A stretch of DNA of 64,000 nucleotides, taken from the NCBI GenBank assembly GCA_965197475.1, contig CBDANF010000003.1, positions 32,001 through 96,000 on the forward strand. The letters are read 5' to 3'. Shown here piece by piece: positions 10,101 through 19,827 of the stretch. The notes beneath the pieces were generated by a model that saw only the letters and a list, made by a program, of their open reading frames with translations, did not search any database and was not told the origin of the DNA. Made by a program: the position numbers and the translations under genes. How positions within the stretch are numbered: position 1 is the first letter of the stretch; the number at the start of each line of letters is the position of its first letter. This DNA is from Candidatus Poribacteria bacterium (lineage in GTDB: Bacteria > Poribacteria > WGA-4E > WGA-3G).

Positions 10101-10952
10101 ATGAATTTGAAACGTGCTGTATTATTTTTCCTTATGCTAACCCATCCATTTTTCTGCGATTTCACTGCAATTGCAGAAAAGAATCCGCTTGTGCTGGGTG
10201 CCCATTTTTTTAAGTTGGAAAATTATGATGCTGCTATTACAGAATACAAACGTTTTCTGTTCTTCCATCCGGATGATACGCGTGCAGCAGAAACCTACCA
10301 CAAAATCGGACTCGGCTATAGAACACAAGGGTTATGGCAACACGCAATTTCAGCCATGCGAAACGCTGTGCAACACGCCGCCGCGAAAGAAGAGAAATCG
10401 GAATACCAACTTGAACTCGCGGTAACACTTATCGCTACGCAGAACTACGATCTTGCACGCCTTGAATTGATAAAAGTAACAATTCGTAACCCCTCTGGAC
10501 CTCTATATCAACGCGCGCTTTTCTTGCAAGCCGTTGCACATATTTATCAGTTTCAATGGGAGCAAACGCGTGAGGTGTTGCGAAATTATACCACAGATGA
10601 AATGCTTGATAAACTTTTAGAAGATGCAGTCAATCTCCCACGTAAATCTACCAGAGTCGCAAAAGTGTTATCAGCGATTCTTCCGGGGGCAGGGCAAATC
10701 TACGCTGGCAATTGGCGAAGTGGGTTAAACGCGCTTGCGTTAAATGGTGCTCTTGGATTCGTCGCGGTTGATACGGCATTAGACAGGCATTACGTAGATG
10801 CAGCCTTATGGACGCACTTTATTTTCCTGCGATATTATCAAGGCAATTTTTACCGCGCCGGAAAGGCAGTAGATGAATTCAATGAGAACGCATCCCGCCG
10901 TGCAGCTGATAACATATTGAAACGACTTCAAGAGATTGTTGAGACACCGTGA
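10101..10952 (+). CDS. secreted/membrane TPR protein
   Basis: Signal peptide, TPR helices, and an LSAILPGAGQIY membrane motif. Confidence 0.75.
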   Translation: MNLKRAVLFFLMLTHPFFCDFTAIAEKNPLVLGAHFFKLENYDAAITEYKRFLFFHPDDTRAAETYHKIGLGYRTQGLWQHAISAMRNAVQHAAAKEEKSEYQLELAVTLIATQNYDLARLELIKVTIRNPSGPLYQRALFLQAVAHIYQFQWEQTREVLRNYTTDEMLDKLLEDAVNLPRKSTRVAKVLSAILPGAGQIYAGNWRSGLNALALNGALGFVAVDTALDRHYVDAALWTHFIFLRYYQGNFYRAGKAVDEFNENASRRAADNILKRLQEIVETP

Positions 10953-10957
10953 AAGGT

Positions 10958-12850
10958 TTATGATTCTGATCGCTTTTGAACTATAAACACGGCGGCGACA
11001 AGGACTATCGCAACAATGAACGTCCAAAGCGTGTTAGTATATGCAAGAAACGCTGCGATCGCCAGCAGAATTGATTGATACCAGCGCGTTTTCCGCATAA
11101 AGTACCCCATTGTTACAATTGAAAAGATGATAGTACCGACCAATGCTGTTGCGACAGACATTGTATTTTGAAGTAGTGTGCCTGAAAACAGGATATGCGT
11201 ATACGCGAACAGCAGCGGCATGATATATAACAGTTTGGCGAACTTAAAGCATGCCCACCCTGTTTTCCACGGGTCGGCACGGGCGATCGCAGCTCCCGCA
11301 TAAGCCCCTAACGCAACTGGTGGTGTGATATTAGAATCTTGGCTAAGCCAGAAGATAATCAGGTGCGCAGCAATAATTGAAATACCCATCTCAGGTGTTG
11401 TTAGAATTGGTACAGCGAGTTCTGAGGTAATCAGATAGGCGGCAGTGACGGGAATTCCCATTCCAAGGATTAAAGATGCAGCTGCAAGGAGTAACACCGC
11501 AATAGCCCGATTATCACCCGCTACAGATAACACCAAATCTGGAAATATCCTACCTAAGTCTGTGAGGTCTATGACACCGACAATGATTCCGATGGTGCCA
11601 ACTGCGCCACCGATAGCGAGAGAATTTTTAGCACCGGTGACCATCGCTTCCCAAACCCGTTTCGGTGTCAGTCGTGTTTCTGGGCGGAAGTAACTCACCC
11701 CAAGCGTAACAAGAATTGAGAAGAAAGCCGCTTTGTAAGCAGAATAACCTACCATAAGTGAACCGATTAGGGTTACCAACGGTAACAGGTAATACCATCC
11801 AGTTTTTAGAAGTGTAGAGAGTTTCGGAATCTCTGAGGAGGGTATCCGTTCAAGCCCTTGTTTCTTTGCCTCAAAATGGACCATCACCCATACAGACAAA
11901 AAGTAGAGGACCGCAGGCACTATTGAGATAAGCGCGATTTTGCTATATGCTACACCTGTCCGTTCCGCTATCAGGAATGCTCCTGCCCCCATGACCGGTG
12001 GTAGGAATTGACCGCCAACAGAGGCTGATGCTTCAACGGCACCTGCGATGTGTGGACGAAAACCGGTCCGCTTCATCAGCGGAATCGTAAACGCCCCAGT
12101 CGTAACCGTGTTTGCGATGGCACTCCCCGCGACAGAACCGAAGAAGCCAGATGTAACAACAGATACTTTCGCAGCACCGCCAATTGACCGGCCCGTAAGC
12201 GACATTGGTAAGTCAATAAAGAACTGTCCTACCCCGGATTTCTCTAAAAACGCACCGAAGAAAATAAAAAGAATTACATAAGTCGCCATCACGTTTGCCA
12301 TGATGCCGAAGACACCTGCTTGACTAAAAAAGCCATGTTCGATAATCCGTCGAAACGAGAAGCCTTGGTGTGAGATAGTTTCTGGCATTACACGACCAAA
12401 AAGTGCGTATAGGATGCCGACAGCAGCGATAATAGGCAACCCCCATCCAACCGTGCGCCGACTCATCTCAAAACTGATGATAAGTCCGATAGCACCCATC
12501 ACAATATCTAAATGTGTATATGCGCCTGCTCGGTTTGCGATATTGGGATAATCTATTATCCAATAACCGATTGAACAGACGCTCAGGCATACGAGTAAAA
12601 TATCGAAAATGGATGGACGCGAGGCAGGAGAACCTTGAAAGACTTTATAAAGGATGGCAATTAGAGAGAATGTGAAAAGCAAATATAAACCGAGATGGTA
12701 TTGTTCCGAAGCTGTGCCGAAACCTGCGCTATAGATGTAGAAACCAACGAAAAAGACGGCACTAATTTCAAAAATCCACTTTGAATTGCCTTTTAATTCA
12801 GTGCGTTGCGTTGTAAATGTTGTGACATCTTTTTCTTCTGTTTGTTCCAT
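10958..12850 (-). CDS. TRAP transporter fused 4TM/12TM permease
   Basis: GSAIANTVTTG, EASASVGGQFLPPVMGAGAF, ITPPVAL. Confidence 0.92.
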   Translation of the reverse strand: MEQTEEKDVTTFTTQRTELKGNSKWIFEISAVFFVGFYIYSAGFGTASEQYHLGLYLLFTFSLIAILYKVFQGSPASRPSIFDILLVCLSVCSIGYWIIDYPNIANRAGAYTHLDIVMGAIGLIISFEMSRRTVGWGLPIIAAVGILYALFGRVMPETISHQGFSFRRIIEHGFFSQAGVFGIMANVMATYVILFIFFGAFLEKSGVGQFFIDLPMSLTGRSIGGAAKVSVVTSGFFGSVAGSAIANTVTTGAFTIPLMKRTGFRPHIAGAVEASASVGGQFLPPVMGAGAFLIAERTGVAYSKIALISIVPAVLYFLSVWVMVHFEAKKQGLERIPSSEIPKLSTLLKTGWYYLLPLVTLIGSLMVGYSAYKAAFFSILVTLGVSYFRPETRLTPKRVWEAMVTGAKNSLAIGGAVGTIGIIVGVIDLTDLGRIFPDLVLSVAGDNRAIAVLLLAAASLILGMGIPVTAAYLITSELAVPILTTPEMGISIIAAHLIIFWLSQDSNITPPVALGAYAGAAIARADPWKTGWACFKFAKLLYIMPLLFAYTHILFSGTLLQNTMSVATALVGTIIFSIVTMGYFMRKTRWYQSILLAIAAFLAYTNTLWTFIVAIVLVAAVFIVQKRSES

Positions 12851-12882
12851 TAGTTTCCAGCTATCGGTATACGTCCACGTTT

Positions 12883-14271
12883 TTAAAAATCGCTACTAAT
12901 GCCAACCATGATCGAAGTTTTATGGATAGGTTCAAATTGTGAAATTCCCTCATCCGTTTGAACGCGCCTGAATCGGTACTCGTTAATAACGATTGTTTGA
13001 ACAGGTGGAAAGACTACATAACGGATTTCGAGGTTGAGTGCTGATTTATCATCCAGATCAAAGAGGTCAGAGAAGAAGTTAGATTCACCATCTTCCCCAA
13101 TGTTGCGTTTTGTATAAAATGCCCGAAACGTGAGACGTGGCACTAATCCTGATTCTTTAATCCCAAGATAGATTTTGGATGTATTATTGTTGTAGTTTTC
13201 AAAAGCACCTAAGAAATGAAGTTGCGGCATTGGTTGCCAGATGATTTGTGTGAAAAATCCGCGTCTTGCCTCACTGCTTTCCTCGTATCCCCAAAATTCA
13301 GGCATGCCAGCTTCGTAAGTATAATCAAACACAGTGGGAATGTAGCCATCACTAAAGATGCGGCACTCGAATTTGAAAATGGCTTTGGTAGAAGCTAAGC
13401 CAATACCAACGGCGTTTCCCCATCCCAATTCTGTTACAGAGTTTTCTGAATGTGATTTAGATTTTTCTTTAGCGGCTATAGGCTCTAACGTAATATCTTC
13501 CGGATTAGGGGGTGGATTAATCATAACGAAATCGTTATATAGATCAAGCCGAAAAGAATTTCGTTCAATAATAGGAAATCCCACATCAAAACCGACCGCG
13601 TCCAAAGGTTCTTCGCCTTCTTCCAGCGAATTTGGGTCAATATCGGTGAGATAGGTGGCACCGAGTTCAAATCGTGTTAGAAGGTTATTGTTTTCGGGAC
13701 GTTGAAGAGGTCGGTAAAAACCACGTCCCCCGAAGATTGTTGGGTTTCCGAGGTCATTGACCATGGTTTCAATACCGTATTTATTATCGGATTTTCTGAG
13801 GTTCAGGTGCAGCCCACGTCGGTCATGATTAGAATAGCCAGACATAATTGATCCATGTCCGATGGTAAGATAGTCAAATTCACCAAGTCTGAAATAAAAC
13901 GGGTCATAAGGTTTTCCATAACTGATGTAACGAATCAATCTCAACCATGTGCTTGCGCTGTCCCATGCTTCGCCATCTTCTGCAAGAAACTGATCTGCAG
14001 AATTTTCCGCGTAAGGATTGTAGAGTAAAACAAGGTCTAAACCCAAGCCGACTTTGCCAATAGGAAGCTCCGGTTGAAGTTGAAGCCGGACGTAGGCATC
14101 ACCGTTGATGAATGTTAAACCGCCACCGTACAACCCGCTTGTAAGGAAGTTGCTTTCTACCATTGGGGTTAAATGTTCTTGCGCGGAAATTGGGGTAACC
14201 ATTGCCAGAATCAAAATTATAGAAGCAAAAATGCCGCTACTAAAAAAAATAATAATTTTTTTATCTTTCAA
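12883..14271 (-). CDS. secreted hypothetical protein, probable outer-membrane beta-barrel
   Basis: Signal peptide, amphipathic beta-strand pattern, C-terminal Phe. Confidence 0.6.
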   Translation of the reverse strand: MKDKKIIIFFSSGIFASIILILAMVTPISAQEHLTPMVESNFLTSGLYGGGLTFINGDAYVRLQLQPELPIGKVGLGLDLVLLYNPYAENSADQFLAEDGEAWDSASTWLRLIRYISYGKPYDPFYFRLGEFDYLTIGHGSIMSGYSNHDRRGLHLNLRKSDNKYGIETMVNDLGNPTIFGGRGFYRPLQRPENNNLLTRFELGATYLTDIDPNSLEEGEEPLDAVGFDVGFPIIERNSFRLDLYNDFVMINPPPNPEDITLEPIAAKEKSKSHSENSVTELGWGNAVGIGLASTKAIFKFECRIFSDGYIPTVFDYTYEAGMPEFWGYEESSEARRGFFTQIIWQPMPQLHFLGAFENYNNNTSKIYLGIKESGLVPRLTFRAFYTKRNIGEDGESNFFSDLFDLDDKSALNLEIRYVVFPPVQTIVINEYRFRRVQTDEGISQFEPIHKTSIMVGISSDF

Positions 14272-14942
14272 GATGTAATTATCCTCCCATCTTTCATGTG
14301 AATAACGCGATCAGCGTTTTCTTTTAACCCCTCATGATGGGTTACAATTGCTATCGTGGTTTGATGTTCCTGTCGGAGTTCTTGAATCAGGTTCATCAAG
14401 TTGTCGCTTTGTCGACTATCTAAGTTCGCAGTTGGTTCATCGGCGAAGATGATTTTGGGTTGGTTCGCAAGTGCTCTGGCAAAAGAGACGCGTTGTTTTT
14501 CACCTCCGGACATTTGCGCAGGGCGATGGTGAAAACGTTCACTTAAGCCGACTCGTGTTAGCAGTTCTATTGCTCGTTGTTCTGCTTCAGTAGCGTTTGT
14601 TTTAGCGATGTCCATGGCAATCATGACATTTTCAAGCGCGGTGAGGTATGGTAACAGGTGGAACAACTGAAAAACAAACCCGATTTTTTCTCGGCGAATC
14701 ACACTTAGGTCTTGGTTTACCAGATCAATTACGTCACCGTCAATTCGGAGTTCCCCAGCATCAGGTGTTAAAATACATCCGAGCAGACTAATCAGGGTCG
14801 TTTTTCCGCATCCGCTGTCTCCCATAATCATCACCAATTCGCGTTCTTCGATTCGGATATCAACCGAATCAATTGCGATGACAGCGGCATCACCGATACC
14901 AAAACGTTTGGTCAAACCGATTCCTTCTATGATTGTTGCCAT
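14268..14942 (-). CDS. ABC transporter ATP-binding protein (LolD/MacB-like)
   Basis: GDSGCGKTT, MSGGEKQRV, ADEPTANLD. Likely start MATII at 14942. Confidence 0.93.
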   Translation of the reverse strand: MATIIEGIGLTKRFGIGDAAVIAIDSVDIRIEERELVMIMGDSGCGKTTLISLLGCILTPDAGELRIDGDVIDLVNQDLSVIRREKIGFVFQLFHLLPYLTALENVMIAMDIAKTNATEAEQRAIELLTRVGLSERFHHRPAQMSGGEKQRVSFARALANQPKIIFADEPTANLDSRQSDNLMNLIQELRQEHQTTIAIVTHHEGLKENADRVIHMKDGRIITS

Positions 14943-15030
14943 GATAATACCTTTTAGCGTTTTGTATCGGGCGGACAAAGCCCTCCCACAGTTTTATGAA
15001 ATATACTGGTATAGTCTGATGTGATGCTTT

Positions 15031-16251
15031 TCAAACTTCCGCGTCTGAGTAAGCAAAATTTTGATTTTGCTGTGTATGCCCACTATCAATTTCGCCACGA
15101 AACGCTATCATCGGATCAACCCTAATCACTTTTCGTGCTGCAAGATAACCGCTTCCACAACAGACAACGAAACTGATGCACGCCACGATGATCGATTCAA
15201 CAAGATGAATCGCTACAAAAATAGGTGCTGCAGCCGCAAATATAAAGGACAAGCAAAACCCTACGACCACCCCCGCTATTGAGATGATGGCGACCTGTTT
15301 TAGTAAAAGTGACATCACATAGTTGTTTGAAGCACCGATGGCTTTTAACACGCCAATCTCCTGTGTCTTTTCAAGCATCGTCACATAAGTAATCATCCCA
15401 ACGAGCAACCCCGCAGCTAACCATAGCATGACTCGCAGAAATTGCACCGCTTTCATCGGTTCGTCAACATAATATTCAATAATGTCTTTCAGTGTCTGAT
15501 TTAAGGTGCGTGCTTCAATAGCTGCTGAAGCATCTAAGTTAGCTGCGACCATTTCTGGTTGTTCAATCTCTTCTGGTTGTCTGTTCTTATCTATTTGTTT
15601 AATTGGTTTTGATTTAGCAATCATCATATTGACACGTGGGTAGTTGCCAAGTAGTACATTTTGCGCAACACGGATATCCATAAAGAGCAGCGGCGTATCC
15701 AAGACAAACATAAGGCTTTTTGTCTTTCCAACAACCCTCACTGTGTCGGTGCCGATCGTAATCTGTTCGCCGATTTCAAGCCCCATCTTTTCATCAACAA
15801 TTACTTCGTGGGGAACAGGGTCTTCAGGACGATAACCCTCAAATTCACTTGACTTGAACATTCTGCCATCAACGACGTGCTTGGGACCGCCAAGTTTGTC
15901 CATCATATAACCGACAACAATTGCCTTCGTAGATTTTCCACGTATTGTGGGTCGAGCTTGTGCGAAAATAAGGGGAGACACAGTGCCAGCTTTCAGGTCT
16001 TGCGATGCATTCAATGGTGCCATATTTTCCTCAATAAGGAGGGAAAACCCGATGAAAGCACCGCCGGAACCTTCGGCTGAAATCCAAATGTCTGCACCCG
16101 TGGATTTTACGTATTGTTGCGCTTGTATACGCATGCCGTTCATAATACCACCTAACAGCAGAATAAGTGAAATCAGCACAGTGATTCCGAGTGCTGTTAG
16201 CACAACTCTAGCTCGACGATATCGCATGTCTTTGAGGAATAGATTTTTCAT
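15031..16251 (-). CDS. ABC transporter permease (MacB/FtsX-like)
   Basis: N-terminal TM, periplasmic domain, EIGVLKAIGAS, VDPMIAFR. Confidence 0.9.
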   Translation of the reverse strand: MKNLFLKDMRYRRARVVLTALGITVLISLILLLGGIMNGMRIQAQQYVKSTGADIWISAEGSGGAFIGFSLLIEENMAPLNASQDLKAGTVSPLIFAQARPTIRGKSTKAIVVGYMMDKLGGPKHVVDGRMFKSSEFEGYRPEDPVPHEVIVDEKMGLEIGEQITIGTDTVRVVGKTKSLMFVLDTPLLFMDIRVAQNVLLGNYPRVNMMIAKSKPIKQIDKNRQPEEIEQPEMVAANLDASAAIEARTLNQTLKDIIEYYVDEPMKAVQFLRVMLWLAAGLLVGMITYVTMLEKTQEIGVLKAIGASNNYVMSLLLKQVAIISIAGVVVGFCLSFIFAAAAPIFVAIHLVESIIVACISFVVCCGSGYLAARKVIRVDPMIAFRGEIDSGHTQQNQNFAYSDAEV

Positions 16252-16263
16252 TTTAGATCAACC

Positions 16264-17160
16264 TTACATATTGGCAATTCGTTCAGGCATTATCTGCCGT
16301 TTTCGTCTGTGTAGTTGGACGTGATCCAAATATGTCCCAGTGTCTGCATCGGTGCCTGTTTCACGGTCTAAAAAGAGCGGAAAATCGGATGCGGGCGGTT
16401 TCGCGTTGTGATAGGCGTGGTTATAACTCCGCATTATGATACGTTGTTCACGGTTGAGCGTCTTTAACCACTCTGGTGAGGAATGGAATCGATCCGCTGG
16501 TGTAACCCAAGATGGACAATACGCAACGAAGATATTGTAGCGTACCACATCGCTTTCGTTCGTCTCCACACGATGCCAGATACTGGAGTGCATTACCGTC
16601 ATTGTGCCTTTGCGAGGACAGACAACCAACTCTCCTGGGAGGCTCTTGTGTGTATCGTATCCATCCATATACTGGTGCCGGTGACTTCCCGGAAACACAA
16701 CGAGGTTACCCATCTTCTCACGCGGGAGGTCTGTTAGCCAATACCCGATTTTGATTTGCAACGGCAATTTCGGTGAAAACACACCGTAGGGAAGCGCGCG
16801 TGCCCCATCCGGATGCCACTGATTGTACTGTTTACCACCAGGCGGTCGCAGGAAAAATTGGCTCTGATGCAGTTTGAGAAGTTCTCCGAAAAGATCGTAA
16901 GCAAACCCGACATGCCGTTGGTGATCGATTAAACTTGTAAAGATAGGGTCGCGTTCGACAATGTTCTCCATGCCGAGGTAGCCGCCTGGCGTGTATTTCG
17001 GATTGCTGACTGCAACGCGATCTATTGCATCAATATAAGTATCAATGTCTTCATCGGAGATAGCGTCTTCAATGAAGATAATACCGTCTTCGTTGAAAGT
17101 TTTCCACTGTTCCGATGTAAATCCGGGTGGTGCAGGACGATATTTTTGTTCGGTTTCCAT
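16264..17160 (-). CDS. phytanoyl-CoA dioxygenase (PhyH) family 2OG-Fe(II) oxygenase
   Basis: WHPD (HxD), GNLVVFPGSH, IWH. AAGGAG RBS before METEQ. Confidence 0.88.
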   Translation of the reverse strand: METEQKYRPAPPGFTSEQWKTFNEDGIIFIEDAISDEDIDTYIDAIDRVAVSNPKYTPGGYLGMENIVERDPIFTSLIDHQRHVGFAYDLFGELLKLHQSQFFLRPPGGKQYNQWHPDGARALPYGVFSPKLPLQIKIGYWLTDLPREKMGNLVVFPGSHRHQYMDGYDTHKSLPGELVVCPRKGTMTVMHSSIWHRVETNESDVVRYNIFVAYCPSWVTPADRFHSSPEWLKTLNREQRIIMRSYNHAYHNAKPPASDFPLFLDRETGTDADTGTYLDHVQLHRRKRQIMPERIANM

Positions 17161-17252
17161 TGGACGACTCCTTTCGTTTAATAATAGCAATAGCAAATTC
17201 TGTGCCAATCTGAGATATATTCTGTTTTTTGGTGGCTAAGGAGCGTGCTTTC

Positions 17253-17750
17253 TCAATTTGTATCTGTTGATTTATCCTTTTTTGGATTGGCGATCTCGAA
17301 CTGATGGATGGCGTGTCTATAGATAAGTACCATCTGGTTATTTACATTCATTGTAAAGTTATATTCATTGTATTCTACCGGTATGCCGTAAAGGATATGT
17401 CCGTTTCGGAGTGTCACCTTGACGTTTTTCTGTGCCAACTTGCGCATGGGGCGTTTCCCAATGATTTTCGGTCGCTTATGTGGGTCTTTATCGGTTCGGA
17501 GTTTTTCAGCTTCAACTTCTTTGTTTATCCGCAAAGCGTTTCCTAATTCATCCGCGGATTCTGGCATCAGGCAGAAGAGAATATCTACTTTGGGGAACGA
17601 GCCTGTAGATGTCCGGATCTCATATTTCTCTATTTCTGTGATATTTACCTTTTTGATACCGTCATAAGTTACGAGCAGCACGGGACCTTGAAACCTATTG
17701 AGCAAGGTTGTGGTTTCAAGGTTTTGTGTTGGACCGTTCTGTTGCGTCAT
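17253..17750 (-). CDS. protein with C-terminal Hfq/Sm-like domain
   Basis: VKVTLRNGHILYG...QMVLIYRHAI resembles the Hfq Sm1/Sm2 motifs (YKHAI); about 105-aa N-terminal extension. Confidence 0.55.
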   Translation of the reverse strand: MTQQNGPTQNLETTTLLNRFQGPVLLVTYDGIKKVNITEIEKYEIRTSTGSFPKVDILFCLMPESADELGNALRINKEVEAEKLRTDKDPHKRPKIIGKRPMRKLAQKNVKVTLRNGHILYGIPVEYNEYNFTMNVNNQMVLIYRHAIHQFEIANPKKDKSTDTN

Positions 17751-17947
17751 AGGATGGACCTCCAAAATAATAATTTTTGATATTTTACCGTAAATATAAC
17801 TTGATTTGTTAATCTTTGTTTAGACAGTCTACATAACTGATGGACTGCTTTGTGAAATGTCTGAGAGAACTGCACAAAAAGGTGCAAATTTTATACCCGA
17901 TTGCACGGAATTGGGCAGTGAGTTAGACTCACGTTATTACTTATAGT

Positions 17948-17976
17948 TTGTATCAAATGACCCCATGAGTTATACT
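17948..17976 (+). promoter_or_regulatory. sigma70 promoter of the DUF1670 operon overlapping the left IR
   Basis: TTGTAT-17 bp-TATACT; GGAGG RBS before ATG 18044. Confidence 0.6.
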
Positions 17977-18043
17977 ATTAGTATTCGTTAAACTAACGAG
18001 TAGATGTCCTCGGATCCCCGATAATCTATTCATGGAGGTCAAT

Positions 18044-18844
18044 ATGAACCGCAAGAAGGATACCGCTTACGGTATCACTCGGCTCGAATCCAAGAATGCC
18101 AGAGCCGCGATTATTCAGAAGATTTCAGCAGACTTTAATCTCATGCCTCTCGTTGCTGAAGCCTACTATAAACAGATTTCTACCTACTTTGAACAACATG
18201 CCGATGTGCAACTCACATCAGGGCAAATCTGCTACGAGGCAGTCGCCGCTGAGGAACCCGCAGGCAAACACATCGCTTTAGCGAAAAAAGTCTCCTGTCG
18301 ACTCAAACTCAACGATGTTGAAGCCGACCTTGAAGTTTTAGCGACTTATGGGCTCGCAGGACTCAGACGGCATCGGATCCTCCGATTGACCCAAGAAGCT
18401 TATGACCAAGAAGCCTTGCTGAGTTATGAGGATTTGGCGGTGTTATTAACCACCAGTCCTGCCACCGTCAAACGCGACATCCGAGCGTTGAAGCAGTCCG
18501 GCTATTTCGTGATGACGCGCGGGGCGAAACACGACATGGGCCCGGGACTGTCTCATAAGACGCAGATTCTCGAGCTGTACTTCAAAGCATACACCTTCAC
18601 CGAGATTGAGCAAAAGACGAACCACTCCGAACGGGCTGTCTACCGCTACTTGAGGGACTTCACACAAGTTGCCACGCTCCATCATCAAGGGTTCCCTAAC
18701 GCTCAGATACGCCTGATTTCTCATCTCTCTGACCGGTTGATACGCGAGTATCTCTCGCTGTTCAAGGAATATCAACACACCGATCGCATGACCCAACTCC
18801 TTCACCCAGAACCAGAGGACACAAAAAAGGAGGATCTCTCATGA
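18044..18844 (+). CDS. DUF1670-like protein A (multi-HTH)
   Basis: EAYDQEALLSYEDLAVLL..S.ATVKRDI, TRGAKHDMG..SHK, HSERAVYRY. Family recognised from memory of the motif. Confidence 0.8.
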   Translation: MNRKKDTAYGITRLESKNARAAIIQKISADFNLMPLVAEAYYKQISTYFEQHADVQLTSGQICYEAVAAEEPAGKHIALAKKVSCRLKLNDVEADLEVLATYGLAGLRRHRILRLTQEAYDQEALLSYEDLAVLLTTSPATVKRDIRALKQSGYFVMTRGAKHDMGPGLSHKTQILELYFKAYTFTEIEQKTNHSERAVYRYLRDFTQVATLHHQGFPNAQIRLISHLSDRLIREYLSLFKEYQHTDRMTQLLHPEPEDTKKEDLS

Positions 18845-19725
18845 GCAAACCTCTAACACGCACGCAAATCAACGAGAAGAAATTCAGACGCATCAACGAT
18901 AAATCCCTACGACAGTTGCTTATCCATCGCTTTCTCAATGACTACGGGTATGACAAAGGCGAAGTCACTGCCACCGCCATTGTTGATGATATTCTCAAGA
19001 CCGTTGAAGACTATTTCGTAATTACCCTCCCCTTGGAAAAACTCGCCACCGGTGATCAACTCCCAGATGAGCGTTTCCTAAGTTATGGACAACTCGTTTG
19101 GATGGCCGTCCCTATTGATGAACATCCAGAAAGAGGAAAGTCCATCGTCAAAACTCGGATGAAACCCATCATCCTGACCTACCTCGCCGCAGAGGATATT
19201 GAATCTTTTAGAAACGGTTTCACCTCCCGGCAATTGCGGATCAATCGCTTGGTCCGCTGGTGTCATCAAGCTTATGACCAAGGGGCATTATTGACACAAC
19301 TCGACTTGGCAGTTTTGCTCAATGTCTGCGATGCCGTTGTCTGTGATTATGTTAATGAATGGCAAAAAACCACTGGAGAACTCTTGCCCACCCGTGGCAA
19401 TATCCATGACTTATCGGGGGCTATTACCCATAAGAAAGAGATCATAACCCTCTATCTTCAAGGACATCTCACCCCCAGGATTGCCGCAAAGACCAAACAC
19501 TCTAAGGAGGCAGTTGATAGATACATTCGCGATTATGAGAGCGTCAAAGTCGTTCGCACCGCTACCACAGATATTGATAAAATCTCACAGATCACCCGAC
19601 TTTCTAAACGCGTTATCACTCAATATCTGGACCTGATTCCGCAGCCCCAACTCCAAGCCATAGATGCAAACCTTGCCAATTCAGACTCAAACGATGAAGC
19701 CACTCACCAAGGAGAAGCCCAATGA
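18841..19725 (+). CDS. DUF1670-like protein B (paralog of A, ATGA-coupled)
   Basis: QAYDQGALLTQLDLAVLL, PTRGNIHDLSG..THKKEII.LYLQG, HSKEAVDRYI. Confidence 0.8.
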   Translation: MSKPLTRTQINEKKFRRINDKSLRQLLIHRFLNDYGYDKGEVTATAIVDDILKTVEDYFVITLPLEKLATGDQLPDERFLSYGQLVWMAVPIDEHPERGKSIVKTRMKPIILTYLAAEDIESFRNGFTSRQLRINRLVRWCHQAYDQGALLTQLDLAVLLNVCDAVVCDYVNEWQKTTGELLPTRGNIHDLSGAITHKKEIITLYLQGHLTPRIAAKTKHSKEAVDRYIRDYESVKVVRTATTDIDKISQITRLSKRVITQYLDLIPQPQLQAIDANLANSDSNDEATHQGEAQ

Positions 19726-19792
19726 GACCCTAATCCTATGTTCCCGACGAACTTTACTTCGCAAAACCGGGGCAGGTGCCTTGAAAATATGG

Positions 19793-19821
19793 TTGACAAC
19801 CGCTACCGGTTTTGCTATACT
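19793..19821 (+). promoter_or_regulatory. strong outward-facing sigma70 promoter in the element right end
   Basis: TTGACA-17 bp-TATACT with extended -10 TGn. The -35 is flanked by IR GCAAAACCGG (19761) / CCGGTTTTGC (19806). Confidence 0.75.
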
Positions 19822-19827
19822 TTAGAC

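Noticed and set aside
19420-19540. H..G..HS....RY resembling tyrosine-recombinase box II in DUF1670
   Set aside because: No HxxR, and the H-Y spacing is 8 rather than 9. An ordinary HTH explains it equally well.
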